Origin: Fistulifera solaris
Taxonomy: Eukaryota
Length of the DNA: 64,000 nucleotides
Assembly: GCA_030295235.1 (NCBI GenBank)
Contig: AP026126.1
Span: forward strand, 124,001 to 188,000
Direction: 5' to 3'
Shown: in pieces, positions 11,409 through 23,452 of the stretch
How positions within the stretch are numbered: position 1 is the first letter of the stretch
Layout of the letters: every line of letters begins with the position of its first letter
Notes under the pieces: model-generated
Databases searched by the model: none
What the model saw: the letters and a program-made list of their open reading frames with translations, nothing else
What the model was told of the DNA's origin: nothing
Program-made: the position numbers and the translations under genes

Positions 11409-13019
11409 ATGACAAAGCAAATTCGACTGATTTGGCATCGTCGTGATTTGCGTTTACACGACAATGTACTCTATCACCAGCAAGACGATACCATTCTCTA
11501 TAGTATCTTTATATTCGATCCTGCTTTTACGGAACCCCGACCTTCTACTGTCTGTCGAGAATGGCAGACGGTTTGGATGGGACCGCACGCCCTCAGTGCT
11601 TTAATACATGCGCTGCAGAGTCTCCGTCTATCCTTACGAGAACGGGGCAGTGATTTATGGATTCGGTCCAGCGATCCTGTTGAATGTATTACGAAATTGG
11701 CTCGACAGGTGAAAGCCACGCAAGTTGCATGGCATGTCGAGCCAGGATGGTATGAAGAACAAGTGTCACGACGACTACGTCTGGCGTTGACTCAAATGGG
11801 GATCGAATGGATTGTATACACGGGTTGTACGTTGTATCATCCCGACGATGTACCGCAAACAGCACATGAATGGAAAATCAGTCAGTCTCGGAAATACAAA
11901 AAAGAGACGAGTGGCATGCAACGAGTAAGGCAACACAGCCAAAGGAATGGTTCATCGCTCCTCCAATCGCAAGTTCCACCGATTATGGGGAATTTCCGTA
12001 CCGCGTGTCGTAATTTCGCCTCTGTGCGACGATCCCTGCCTGCACCTGTCACGGTGAATACAGAGCCAACAACAGTGGAGCCGGGTGAAATACCGACACT
12101 GGCACAATTGTTAGAGCCCCTCCTTCTGCAGCAAGATGGGTCCATTCTGGGGTTGCGTCGAGATCAGATTGAACAATTATGCAAGGTAGCCATGAAACGG
12201 CATGAGGAAGATTCGGGTTGTCAAAGGGGCAGTGAGCTTTGGGCTTTGGAACGACTGAACTTCTTTTTACAGCATCATGCGGCGACCGCCGATCGTAGTC
12301 GAGCCGATGTCGAGCTGAATCATTCCTCAAAATTGAGTCTTCCGCTGGCGCTGGGATCCATCTCACCTCGAGTTGTCTACGAACAAGCTGTATTGCACAG
12401 TTGTTCTTGGTTGATCAGTCATTTGGAAATGCGCGATTTCTTTCTCTATACGGCGATGCAGGCGGGTTCTAAAATCTATAGAAAAGAAGGGTTACCGATG
12501 AGAGCATATAAGGGAGAATGGTTCTCTCCTCGGGATCGAAGTGAAGTCTGGGACAAATGGTTATCAGGGACAACCGGATTTCCATTGGTCGACGCGGGGA
12601 TGCGAGAATTGATCGCCACGGGGTATTGTTCGAATCGGGTGCGACAGAACTGTGCGAGCTTTTTGACGAAAGATTTAGAAATCGACTGGAGAGCGGGAGC
12701 CGACTTGTTCCAATTTATGTTAGAGGATCATTGTGTTGGTGCCAATTGGGGGAACTGGATGTATTTTTCGGGTGTAGGAAGTGATCCGAAGAACCGCCAC
12801 TTTCGAAGTATATCACAAGCGTTGCGCTATGATCCGACGGGTGCCTACGTAACGCGATGGATACATGAGCTTAAAGATATTGATGCTAAGGAAGCCAGAT
12901 TTCGGCCTTGGGAACATGTGTCGGGATGGCGAATACCTGTCGTGAATCCCGCGACTCAACTCACCTGGGACGACAGTCGAAAGTTGAACGAACAAGGCTA
13001 TCTTTGTGATAACGAGTGA
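11409..13019 (+). CDS. Cryptochrome/photolyase family protein, CRY-DASH-like
   Basis: WHRRDLRLHDN N-terminus. FAD domain reads TGFPLVDAGMRELIATGYCSNRVRQNCASFL, IDWRAGA, NWGNWMYFSGVGSDPKNRHF. Confidence 0.92.
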   Translation: MTKQIRLIWHRRDLRLHDNVLYHQQDDTILYSIFIFDPAFTEPRPSTVCREWQTVWMGPHALSALIHALQSLRLSLRERGSDLWIRSSDPVECITKLARQVKATQVAWHVEPGWYEEQVSRRLRLALTQMGIEWIVYTGCTLYHPDDVPQTAHEWKISQSRKYKKETSGMQRVRQHSQRNGSSLLQSQVPPIMGNFRTACRNFASVRRSLPAPVTVNTEPTTVEPGEIPTLAQLLEPLLLQQDGSILGLRRDQIEQLCKVAMKRHEEDSGCQRGSELWALERLNFFLQHHAATADRSRADVELNHSSKLSLPLALGSISPRVVYEQAVLHSCSWLISHLEMRDFFLYTAMQAGSKIYRKEGLPMRAYKGEWFSPRDRSEVWDKWLSGTTGFPLVDAGMRELIATGYCSNRVRQNCASFLTKDLEIDWRAGADLFQFMLEDHCVGANWGNWMYFSGVGSDPKNRHFRSISQALRYDPTGAYVTRWIHELKDIDAKEARFRPWEHVSGWRIPVVNPATQLTWDDSRKLNEQGYLCDNE

Positions 13020-13311
13020 CGGAGCAAAGCAAGCAGATAGAAATCGATTCCCTATTAAATCCTTGTTGAAGAAAGTAATTAATTAGAGCCTCATAGATCA
13101 TTATCTTCTCTTGAGTCGTTCCAAGTTTGCATGGAAATTCTTAGAGACACTAGTACAAAATCCGACTTACAAGGACAAGATTGAGACACGTGTCATGCGC
13201 CATCCGCCGTAGTTCGTACGGTCTTCAACGGATCGGACGTCGTCTATGTATCAGTGGTTGGAAAGAAGTACTTAGGTGTGTTTCTGAGCTTTCTACCATG
13301 GGAGTTGGGAG

Positions 13312-13525
13312 TGTCAAGGTAAAGTAGGATTCCGTGGAACAGACGGTACAGTCTTATATGAATAGGCGTTTCCTTTGGAAACGTAAATACTCAAATCTTT
13401 AACGTCTCTTGCCCTTCAAAGTTTACAGTATTCTTTGACTCGGTATTCAATCTGCTTTCGTCTCTTATCGAAAAACCAAGGAGACTCTAAGTACAACTCA
13501 GTATAGGTTATATAGTACTTTCACA
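13312..13525 (+). mobile_element. Candidate lone LTR (214 bp)
   Basis: TGTCAAGGTA...TACTTTCACA termini (8/10 inverted match), purine-rich GGGAGTTGGGAG before and PBS-like TGGCGACAG after. No target-site duplication (TSD). Confidence 0.45.
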
Positions 13526-13793
13526 TGGCGACAGAATTCAACGGCTCAAACCGCCGTTGCCTCACACTCCTCCTCGCCTTTTTTCTGTCACAACAATATC
13601 AAACCGAGAACTTGGGTAACTGGTAGAGCCAAAGCAAAGCGAACAACGCAATCTTGCTGATTCATTTCAAGGTTGCTGCAGGCACTTACTTGATACTTTC
13701 TTTTGCGACCAATTGCTTTGCGTAAGGCGTGCAGGACCGTTTGGGAACGTACCTAAATTGTACGATCGATATCAAAAGATTTTGTTACAAAAA

Positions 13794-16303
13794 ATGGTTG
13801 CACACGATCGTAAAATCAAAACAAAACGATGCCCCTTCGTCTCATTTCCATGTTGACATAACACTTGTCTTGTTTTGGGGAAGCATCATTTTGGCGTCGC
13901 TGGTTGCTTTCGGAATTGGTTATTTTTCTCGTATTTATTTGTTCATTCAATCGTCACCGAAAGTCAATATTTTACCGGCGTCTCATGTGGTGCGGTCGGA
14001 AACGCTGCCACCGCCTCTGTTGGATAAATGCAAAGTGCTACCGCAATTCGTTTACACATCGAAGCATTATGAAACAGGCATTCGAACCACGAGTGATAAT
14101 ATGTTGGTACGTCACCAGGCCGGCTCCGAGGACGTCGAGGCGTGTCCTTCTCCGGATACTCAACAGGGGGACGATGAAGAAGAACATCAACCAGCCGGTC
14201 AGCACATGTTGGTGGATATTAAAAATGTTGACGGCAGTTTCCTCAATTCGGAACTGCGACTGGCGAATGCTATGGTCGAATTGGTGCGACTGAGCGGTTT
14301 AACGATGTTGTCGTATCACTGTCATGGATTGGATCCAGTGGGTGTCAGTTGTATCGGTGTTTTATTGGAAAGTCATGTGTCCTTCCACACGTGGCCTATT
14401 GAAGGCGTTATTACGTTTGACTTGTTTACGTGCGGCCCAAAGTCCTTGATTCCGTATTTAGACACCATCAAAGAACTCTTCGGCGTTCCCCGTCAATTTG
14501 CTCTGACTGGGGGTAGTACGGCGGATCAGCCACACATGAATTGGTCGTACAAGAAGCGAGGCTTCAAACGGGGCAGCAAAAGTAATGCTGATGAAACTAC
14601 GGATATGAATATGTTCTTGTTGGGATGGATGGAGTACGACATGAAGCAGATAGTGGCTGACGTTCAAACCGATTTTCAAACCATTGAAATTTACGACGTT
14701 CTGAACCCTCGATTCCGTGATTTGGATTCGTACAAACGATCACTGGTCAACGATGGCTCGTACGAAGCGACTCATCCCGAGTTTTTTAAACCGGACCGCA
14801 TTGTATACATGGATCATATCATGCAATCTCGTTTGTTTGGTGAAGCGGCGTATCATGAAGCACTCGTTCATCCTGCTCTATTTGCTCACGTTGATCCCAA
14901 GCGCGTTGCTATTATTGGTGGAGGCGAAGGTGCGACGCTTCGTGAAGTATTGAAACACAATACCATTCAGCGCGTCACCATGATTGAAATCGACGAGCAA
15001 ATGGTGCAAACATCGCGCCAATACTTGCCCGAGTGGAGTGACTGCAGCAATTTGGAAGGAAGTGCCGATTCTTGTTTTGACGATCCTCGAGCGGAAGTCT
15101 TTTACACGGATGCCGTTCAGTGGTTCATGAATCACTACGGTGAGGGTAGTACCAACGAGAAATATGACGTGATCATTATGGATGCCTTGTAAGTACCTTC
15201 AAGAGTTTCTACACATCAAGCGTTACGTTTGTTTCATTCCACTAAGTTGCAATTTCGTAATGCTTTTTCGCAATACAGAGACCCTAGTTCTGAAGTGGAA
15301 TTTTCCGATGTTCTCTACAACAACGACAAATTAGCCGCGGCGCTCTCTCGAGCCCTTGGTGATGATGGTATTATCATATCGCAAGTCGGTGAAGATGACT
15401 TTCTGAATGATGCTGGAAGCCATATTTCCAAAAAAGAAATCCGAGCAAAAGTTTATGAAACTATTAAAGAATAATGGATTCACAGCTGTGAAAGAATACT
15501 CGGAAGCCCACGGAAACTTCCATGGGGTTTGGCATTACGTAATTCTCTTCAAGGACCGAAAATCGCTAGCCAATTGGTACTCCAATGAAGCAGAAATTAA
15601 TTTAAAAATGCGGCATAGAAGCATGAAGGTGAAAAATGCTTCTTCGACACCATTCCGATTTTTCGATGGCGCTACGATGATGGGCTACCAGTTTGCTACC
15701 CGTATCAATGAAGAGGTGGCTTGTCGCGGTATGCCCCGGCCTGCGTTTTGCGAGATGCAGCATGGCTTCGATCCTAATAGAGAGAATACGCCAGCGTCTA
15801 CGTTGGAAGTCAAGCCAAGTCTATTATTGAATGGTGAGCAAGGGCTTTTTTCGAAACAAGTCATTCCCGAAGGAAGCTACGTCGCCATTGAAGAAAAGGT
15901 GAATGCTATCTTATTACCACCATCAACCACAAGAATCATTGAAGCACTTCAAAGTCAAAGTAGCTCGCTGCAACCCTTGGCTGCTTACCTTTCTGAGTAC
16001 GGCCAAGGACATAACTTTTACGGAATGTATGGCATGTCGGTCGATCCCAGTCGCATGCATTTTCTGAATTATGGTTGCTACACCAGCGGAATTGCGGCGG
16101 ATGCCACCGAGATCGAATCATCGTTTTACAACCCTTTCATTGACCGTAGTCATCTGTTGTTATTACGGGGGACTGAAACGGTGACACGAGACGTACAAGA
16201 AGGTGAAGAACTACTCGGTAACTTTCTGTCGGTTCTTCTCGACAAGAACACCAAAAGCAGAAGTTATCGTGCCCAATGTCTTGTCGAGACCCCCGTCGCT
16301 TAG
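13794..16303 (+). CDS. Membrane-anchored S-adenosylmethionine decarboxylase / aminopropyltransferase (spermidine-synthase-like) / SET-like fusion
   Basis: N-terminal TM segment; bacterial-type AdoMetDC motif LLESHVSFHTWP; IIGGGEGATLREVLKH and YDVIIMDAL-DP; SET-like tail GLFSKQVIPEG, HFLNYGC, RDVQEGEELL. Intron 15189-15278. Probable A-run frameshifts near 13812 and 15433; start codon inferred. Confidence 0.9.
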
Positions 16304-16578
16304 CGACCATACAAAGTATTATGTTTCCGATGAATGGTGGTCACCATTACCCCCTAATAATTAGTTCATAGAGTGGAGTTTGGCTTCAAACGAATAAATA
16401 AATGAAATTTTTTCGAATCAATATGGTTTTTACAGTTAGTCCTGGGGAGGAGAGCGTTTTTCTTTCAAACGGAAAAAGGATAGTAGTGCATTACAAAGAG
16501 ACTTAAGCAAGAGGAATCGTCAATTACCAGTCGACACACACTTAGTTTGAAGACCCCTCGAAGGACTCCTTTATACCA

Positions 16579-17714
16579 TCATGTCCCCATTTCCATACTC
16601 CCCTCCAAAATGCGACTCACCCGCGATCCACTAGCCCGTCCGAGTGGCACAATGTGCGGTTGGACTGGCACATCTTCCATCCCCGCCGTCACGGTGGGTC
16701 CTTCTACTCCTCCTACTCCTCTTCCTTCTTCTTCCGCTATGGTGCCCCATTCCTTGTTGTTCCATTGCACCAGTGACGATCGGACCCCATGCAAATTCGT
16801 GGCGGTGACCGGATTTTGCGCTGCGGACGGTGCCTCCACCACGATAGTCCGGGCAGGCGTGGCCGTCCGTGGCAGGGGCGGATAATAGGATGGTAAATAA
16901 TAATCATAATGTTGCGGCGGAAGATCAAGAACTTTGGATGCCTTGATAGTATTGTCCGTCAATTTGACCTTTTTCGAAACAGATTCTTCCGTTTCGTTTT
17001 CTCGTTTTCGTTTTTGGTTTTCGTGTGGGTGTAGTAGTGATCCCCAGGTTGTTTGAAACAACGTTTCCGGTAGATTGTCCGATACGGGTATTGTTTCAGA
17101 TACCTCGCTCATCACACCGTATTTCTTCGTCTTCTGTTCAATGACAATTGTCTGTAATTCTTCTTTGGGCTGCAATGAATGGGGATTGGCAATGAGGGCT
17201 GGATTGGCGACAATGGGGAAGTAGGGAATTTCTTCGGGATACGGTGCATGCCATCCAGCGTGTGCGGTGGAACGGGGTCCTACTTTCCCTCCTCCTCCTC
17301 CTCCGGTTCTTTCGGAAGATCGTTGTACATTGTTTTCTTCTTGCATCCAATCGGGTCCCAACAAAAGGTTGCCAATCCTTTCCACGATGTATCGCGTGTT
17401 GTTGTTGTATTCGTGACGACGAGATGATCGTCTTTGTGACGAGGTGAAAAATGAATTTGCGTGACGGCAGTTGTTGTACAGAATTCCACCGCCCTTAGCG
17501 CATCCAACACATGCACATGTGCACTGGATCGTCCCGATGCTTCTACCGTGTATCCTATCGATTGTCCGAGACGATTGAGAAATTCCAACAAGATATCACC
17601 CAAAACATCCAAGGCTTCGGCCGTCATGTCCGCAATTCCTAAATGCAAGGCCGCCCGAGCAACGGCGCGTCTGGCGATTAAAGCGCAATAAATATCGTCC
17701 GATGCGTGTTGCAT
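16579..17714 (-). CDS. TAF8: TFIID subunit TAF8-like (bromodomain-associated histone fold)
   Basis: Histone-fold N-terminus (ARRAVARAAL...ALDVLGDILLEFL...EASGRS...DALRA) and a YLPSYYPPLP motif like the TAF8 C-terminal region. Frameshift near 17365. Confidence 0.7.
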
Positions 17715-17720
17715 AATTTT

Positions 17721-17789
17721 GAAAGAAAGAAAGAAAAGAAAGAAAAGAAAGAAAAGAAAGAAAAGAAAGAAAAGAAAGAAAAGAAAGAA

Positions 17790-17820
<31 letters not shown>
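17721..17820 (+). repeat. 100-bp GAAA/GAAAA polypurine microsatellite
   Basis: Read directly; begins 6 nt upstream of the TAF8-like ATG on the opposite strand. Confidence 0.97.
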
Positions 17821-17821
<1 letters not shown>

Positions 17822-18757
17822 CGAAGACGAAGAAGAATAGGATGTTATACTTTTGTTATCGGGTTGTTATTGGGTTGCCAACATAAAACGCGGCGGTGTG
17901 GGCGCGTGATGTTGCGGTCTTTGCAGTCACGAAACAACGGGATCCATCAGGAGTCAGGAGTGAGTCAGTCGTCATCAGGAGAGTCCGAAGAAATCATCAA
18001 CAAACCCATTCTCTATCGGATCGGTATTCGACGAAACAACGGGATCCAAAATCGCGGAGAAAAAATAACACAGAGACACCCGTAGGATGAAGAATAGAAA
18101 GAATAATAAGAAGAAGGTCTTTTTGAGATGGGCATAACATAAGGATTTCCTTTCCGTTCCCTCACCACCAGAAGAGTCACATTACCCGTCACAAAAAGGA
18201 AGGCGATTCCTAAGATCATCGCCATCAATACAATGGACTACGTTGGAATTGTTCGGGCAATGTCCCAGATTTTAGCAAACAAATTTTTCATGCAGGCCGG
18301 TGGAACGGTGTTCTGTCATTTCACAGTACGGACTCTGGAGGTAGGTTTGTTCCTTGCGACAGAACCAATCCGTCTCAAGAGCTTTCTGATTAGACTACTG
18401 GTACTGATTCGAAATTGCCATAGCATCATGTGATGACCGCTTTAGCAAAAATTTTCCAAGTCAAATTATTCCAATGTATTGTTGTTTCATTACACCAAAT
18501 GAAAAATCTTAAAGCCTTTTATATGGCTCTAGACCTAGAGCTCCAGAGACAATAGGCCGTTTTCATGACCAATCCATGGTCAGTAGCCTCTTATATAGGT
18601 TAAAGCTTTTGTTGTTATGAGCCTGTTTAGTTGTCTAGCCGGTCAAAACGACACCGGATAGTATGGTAAAAGAATTTTGCTAGTGTCCTAGACATCATTT
18701 TTGCTTTCAAGTGATCGTTATAGTGTTATAGCCAGTGCTACCTTTTATAGAAACAGT

Positions 18758-21036
18758 TTATAGCTTACAAAAGTGGGGCAAGGATAACTGGGTGTTCGTC
18801 CCCGGAAGCATGAGACAGGCTGTGATCGAATCATACGCCAGCGAGATATAGCGAAGCATTTGACACGACAGCTCCGTCAAGTAAGGTTGCCAAGAAAGTG
18901 TCCAAGGAACGCTAAACACGGAAAGAGGAAACACTAAGGTGCCCATTGAGCGCAATCCATCGATGACCCAGCACAATAGGATGTGCCCCAAATGGAAGAC
19001 CCACCCCCAAAGCTCGCCCAGAAATACAAAAGGAGAGCGTCGACGCGCATGCTGTTCCAATTGGAGAATTCGAGCTTCTTGGTCACGTCGAATGGATTCC
19101 ATTTCGACCATGAGTTCCATCACGACGCGTTGGTAACAAATGATGGACTCTTTCGCATACATATCATGGATCGACACGCTTGCTTGCAAAGCTTTGATTT
19201 CGTCCGTGAGTTTCTTGAAAATGGGTTCCATGGGGCTATTGACCTGAGCATTTCCGTTACTGGCCGACCCGGCAATTTTGGAATTGACAAATTTCGTCTT
19301 AAAATTGGGAAAATCGAGATCGAGGAGGCAACGGGAACTGGGTAGTCTCTCCAGGGCCTTGGCAAATGCCAGTCCTGTTTCGACAAAATAATCTGCTTTT
19401 TCCGGTACTATTTCCGTAGACAACACAGCATCAGCAACTTCGTGTTTCACTCCATATTTCTCATGTGGTTCCGTCCCTTGTACTGCTTCCTCAAGGCCTT
19501 CCTTTCTGGTTTCGTGTACCACAGGTTTTACAGCCTGTCTTTCATTTAGTGTTCGTTCACTAATAATTTTATCAGGAATCATAGGTTTTGTTTCATCATT
19601 CGTGTCCGTCAACTTCACCACAATATTCTGAACTCTTTTCTCTGATTCAACACCCATACTTGCGAGCAGCTTGCGTATGTTTGTGACACAAGGAGCATCA
19701 CTTCGTTCCACTAAACTCCACTCTCCTCTTTTCATCATTTCTGTGGGTGGAATGACTGCTGCCGTGCACGTTGGTTGTTCCGGTAGCAAACGACGACGTT
19801 GCCACAGCGAATACCGTGGCGGTCGGCTCGTACGAACCTTCACCCGCGATAAAAGACGGATCGAAGCGTCGGGAATTACCGAGGGCGCGTTGGATGACGA
19901 CGCCGCTACGCCCTCGAAATCCAACGCTACCGGACAGGGAGCATTACTCAAAGGTGTGACGCAAATCGTAATTGGATCCAAATCGCTGGTCTCGGGTACA
20001 TCCAGTGCGTCGGCAGCTTTCACATCTAAAGTCTCCACTGCTTCTTGATTTGTTTCTTCCCACTGTTCATGAAATCCCTGCAACATCGTACTCCCATGAA
20101 CACTGATTTGGCTAACGGTGCAATAGTATTCGTTACCATAATGGGTCAAAAACTGAAATTTGAGATAGCGTGCCCAGGCTGGTTTCTGCAGTTCAAATGT
20201 TTGTTTGCCATTGGTCGGTCCTTTCCTCGAAGCCGTGAACGTCCCCAAATCCCTCCAATTCCCCATGGTCATGGAACCTTGCACGCGGAATGTTTTCACG
20301 TGACTGGAATATCGTTCGTAATTGGCCAAAACAACTTGTTTGACTAAAATATCTTCCGACAATCCAATGACGACGGACTTGTTGGGTTCTTCGCAAGGAA
20401 CAATCGCGTACGCATCTTGATCGTTGGTCAATAGGTTGGAAGTCCCTTGAAAATGATCACTGCTTTCCAATACCAAGGCACCCGCGGACTTGCTCGCATA
20501 ATCGACTCGAAATAATGTGGCTTCTTCTTCGACAGGTTGTGGTGTCGGTGGGTCGATTTCGGGTGGTTGTGTTTGATTTTGGACGAACGTATCATTTCGC
20601 AAAAGCGTCGCATCCTTTTCTAAGATCTGCGGATCTTGCCGTCTATCAATGGTATCTTCGGTTATGTAACACCATTCCGTTTTATTATATACAAAAGTCC
20701 GTGGACATGTGTCTTTTCAAAGATTGTTGCGTGAAATAAAAATTCGGACGCTTTCCTGTCGCCGAAAAAGTCATCCTGTAGTCCGTAAGTGTTCCTCCAT
20801 GAACTGTCACGGTCGTCAATTGCCAGAGGACTCGACCAAAGTTTCCGTAATTGCGCTGTTCCGTTGCGTTTTCGATGCGCACGACGCCTTGAAGAAGTAA
20901 TCGGCAGATCTAGCTGTTCCTTCCACGGTTCGTCGACGATTATTGGTGAATTTTTCCGCACATCATCTTGCGCTACCAGCGGTAACGCACTGGCTAAAAG
21001 CCACGCTATTCTCCGCCCTCTCACTCGTGATCTCAT
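18758..21036 (-). CDS. Mid-SUN domain protein (SLP1/SUCO-like)
   Basis: Signal-peptide-like start (RIAWLLASALPLVAQ); SUN domain VDYASKSAGALVL...LSEDILVKQVVLANYERYSS...ARYLKFQFLTHYGNEYYCTVSQISVHG; coiled coil and C-terminal hydrophobic segments. Frameshift near 20680. Confidence 0.88.
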
Positions 21037-21597
21037 AAGATCTAGTGTCATTCTATGAACAAGATAGCGTTTGTGCAATTACAATCAATCACCGAAGAAT
21101 GATGGTCGTTTTGTTTGACAGCAACGGGAAGGTGTGGGGTGTGACAGGAAAGAAACAACGTGGAAGAAAATAAATGAACGACACCAGGCGGCGCGACGGC
21201 TATATGATTGACGTGTACCACGGCTGTACTCCGCATGATACAGTCAAAAGGCATACCGAACACCGAACACCGAAGAACATATCCGTCCGTCTGTCCGAAT
21301 GCTCTTTGACCTTTGACCTTCACGTGGAAGCCTTCGTTCGTACTTTGTACGTCATCGATGGAACAACGTCAACAATTCCGGAATTTCTGCTTTCGGACTA
21401 CGCGTTTTGCAGAATTCTGACTTGGTCTACCCTCTTTTCTGTCCAGGTTTCCACAAAACACAGAATGACAGAACACCGAACACCGCGACAGACGATAATA
21501 ACGCCACCCTGCCAAAGTCCAAAGATATCCTCTGATGATTGCCGTAATTGGATTGTAATAGATAGTTGAATGAAGTGGATTTGTACCTCAACATAGT

Positions 21598-22038
21598 TTG
21601 GAAGATGCATTCAAAAGACGCCATTGTCATTCTATCAGACTGGCGGCTCTTTTTTGGACGCTTCCAACAATCATTGCTTTGACCAATAATAGCATCAGGA
21701 ATAATCAATTCCTTCAATCAAAATACGCTCACCTTTGGTTGGGTCCATGTTATTTGTCACTCATATTCCTAGGACCAGTCCCATCCGCCGAGGCAATACT
21801 TCCATTAAACAGCCCGCCACCACCATACACGCTAATACAGCAACAAAAGCGACCCATTCCTAAGCTCATACGGCAATTGGAAAATTTAGAAGATGATCGA
21901 TTGGTACAGTGTCGCGACAAAGGATCGAAATGGGAACAATGTTTCTTTTACGGAACCGATACGGTAGGAAGCAATCGACAAGGGGAATTTCTCCGATCAC
22001 GACCATCGTCTCTGAAAAATGGTCCACCGACTTGGTAA
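21598..22038 (+). CDS. Small hypothetical protein, possibly plastid/thylakoid-lumen targeted; start uncertain
   Basis: Two hydrophobic stretches, the second ending PSAEA (A-x-A), then a short CRDKGSKWEQCFFYGT domain. Confidence 0.55.
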   Translation: MEDAFKRRHCHSIRLAALFWTLPTIIALTNNSIRNNQFLQSKYAHLWLGPCYLSLIFLGPVPSAEAILPLNSPPPPYTLIQQQKRPIPKLIRQLENLEDDRLVQCRDKGSKWEQCFFYGTDTVGSNRQGEFLRSRPSSLKNGPPTW

Positions 22039-22559
22039 TTGCTACGCTTGGAATTAGCGCCTAATGTATTCCTTTGTCTCATATCTTTATGGGAGGAGCG
22101 ATTTCCCCTGGTGATCTCAAACATACACACTAATTTTCTCCATCGACAGGAATCATCATTATCATTACTATTATCATCACCATCATTACATCACCAAATC
22201 GAGTTTTATCAATAGTTTTGTACGTTATCATCATTGTGAATGGTTCTTAGTGCCATAACGGTTTTGTTTTTCTACACCGAAGTTCAAATCCCATGTTTTT
22301 TTGTCGGTGATCGACCTAGCTTTTCTTCATTTATTTGCACACGTAAATAATATGACCGACGTCAGACCTGCGTACGTTGCGATTTTGTTGCAACCGCTCT
22401 ACTCGAACGCATCACAAAGTCAAAAGTAGAGTTATATCTCGCGTCGACATGCGAATGTGAAAACCAAAAGAAGGAACAAGCGATAATACATCCAATAGTA
22501 ATCCTTATTTTAAATTCACGACGGATCAGTTGACTAAAAGACGACAAAACTAGGGGATC

Positions 22560-23286
22560 ATGTTTATGCCGGGGCGGAACGCCGAGGAAGAGCGACAAGC
22601 GCTACAAAAGGAATACCGTCGCGTTGAAACCATGTGTCTCGAATTATTGCCAGCAGACCCAGCGTTGCGTGAGGCTTGTACGATTTCGGTGCAAGAAGTG
22701 CAATGCGGAGACCCGGAATGTGCTCCCATTGACACAATAGTCACTATGATGTTTCCAAGGTAAGTGAAATAGCGATCCTTTTTCGCTGGATTTCAGGAGG
22801 ACCCTTTTTCGTGGCTGGGCTCTTTCGCGTGTTGATGATGTTACCCCCTTTCCGGAACGTCTCACATGCTTTTATTCGTTGAAGTGGTGGGCAGGGTTTT
22901 TTGCTTTACCCATGGAATGTAAAGAGGCAACGGTAGAACATTTAGAGAAAGCCTTCCCTCCGCCGGATATTGTTACAAAATGGTTTAAGGGCATTGATAC
23001 GGAAGGAGAATGGCCACCTGAACCAGAACCACCCGCATTGCGGTTTCCCCTCGGGACTTTTGTTTTGTGCCGTGTAGGACCTACTGATTGGGCACCGGGA
23101 ACCGTTATACAGCACTGGTATCGAGAAGCCAATTGGCAGCCTGGCATGTTTGCTCCCTATAAGATTCGTTTGGATGACGGTCGAGACATTTTTGCACCGC
23201 AGGATATGGATCAGATTATTCGTCTGAATCCGAATAAGCAGCAGGAAGTCAAAGTGGATGCAGTGGAAACGCTATGGAGCGAATAA
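22560..23286 (+). CDS. Hypothetical protein with QCGDPECAPIDT motif and C-terminal SH3-like barrel
   Basis: Exon 1 ends at 22759 with a GTAAGT donor; acceptor near 22884. Exon 2 reads LRFPLGTFVLCRVG..WAPGTV..WYRE..APYKIRLDDG..IFAPQD. One T-run indel is needed. Confidence 0.75.
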
Positions 23287-23452
23287 TGTTTTGAATGTAG
23301 CAATCGTTTTGTTGATCTAGAGAAGTATCCATAGAGAGTTCGTAGCGTAACAACGAAGAGATCAAGATTTCGCCTCAAAACAAACTCTTTAATTCTGTTA
23401 CAAATTGTCGAGATCGCGAAGAGCAGGAGGTGCAAAACTCGATACATCATTA

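Noticed and set aside
21304..21320. TGACCTTTGACCT nuclear-receptor DR1-like site
   Set aside because: Nuclear receptors are animal-specific; a single short match is expected by chance.
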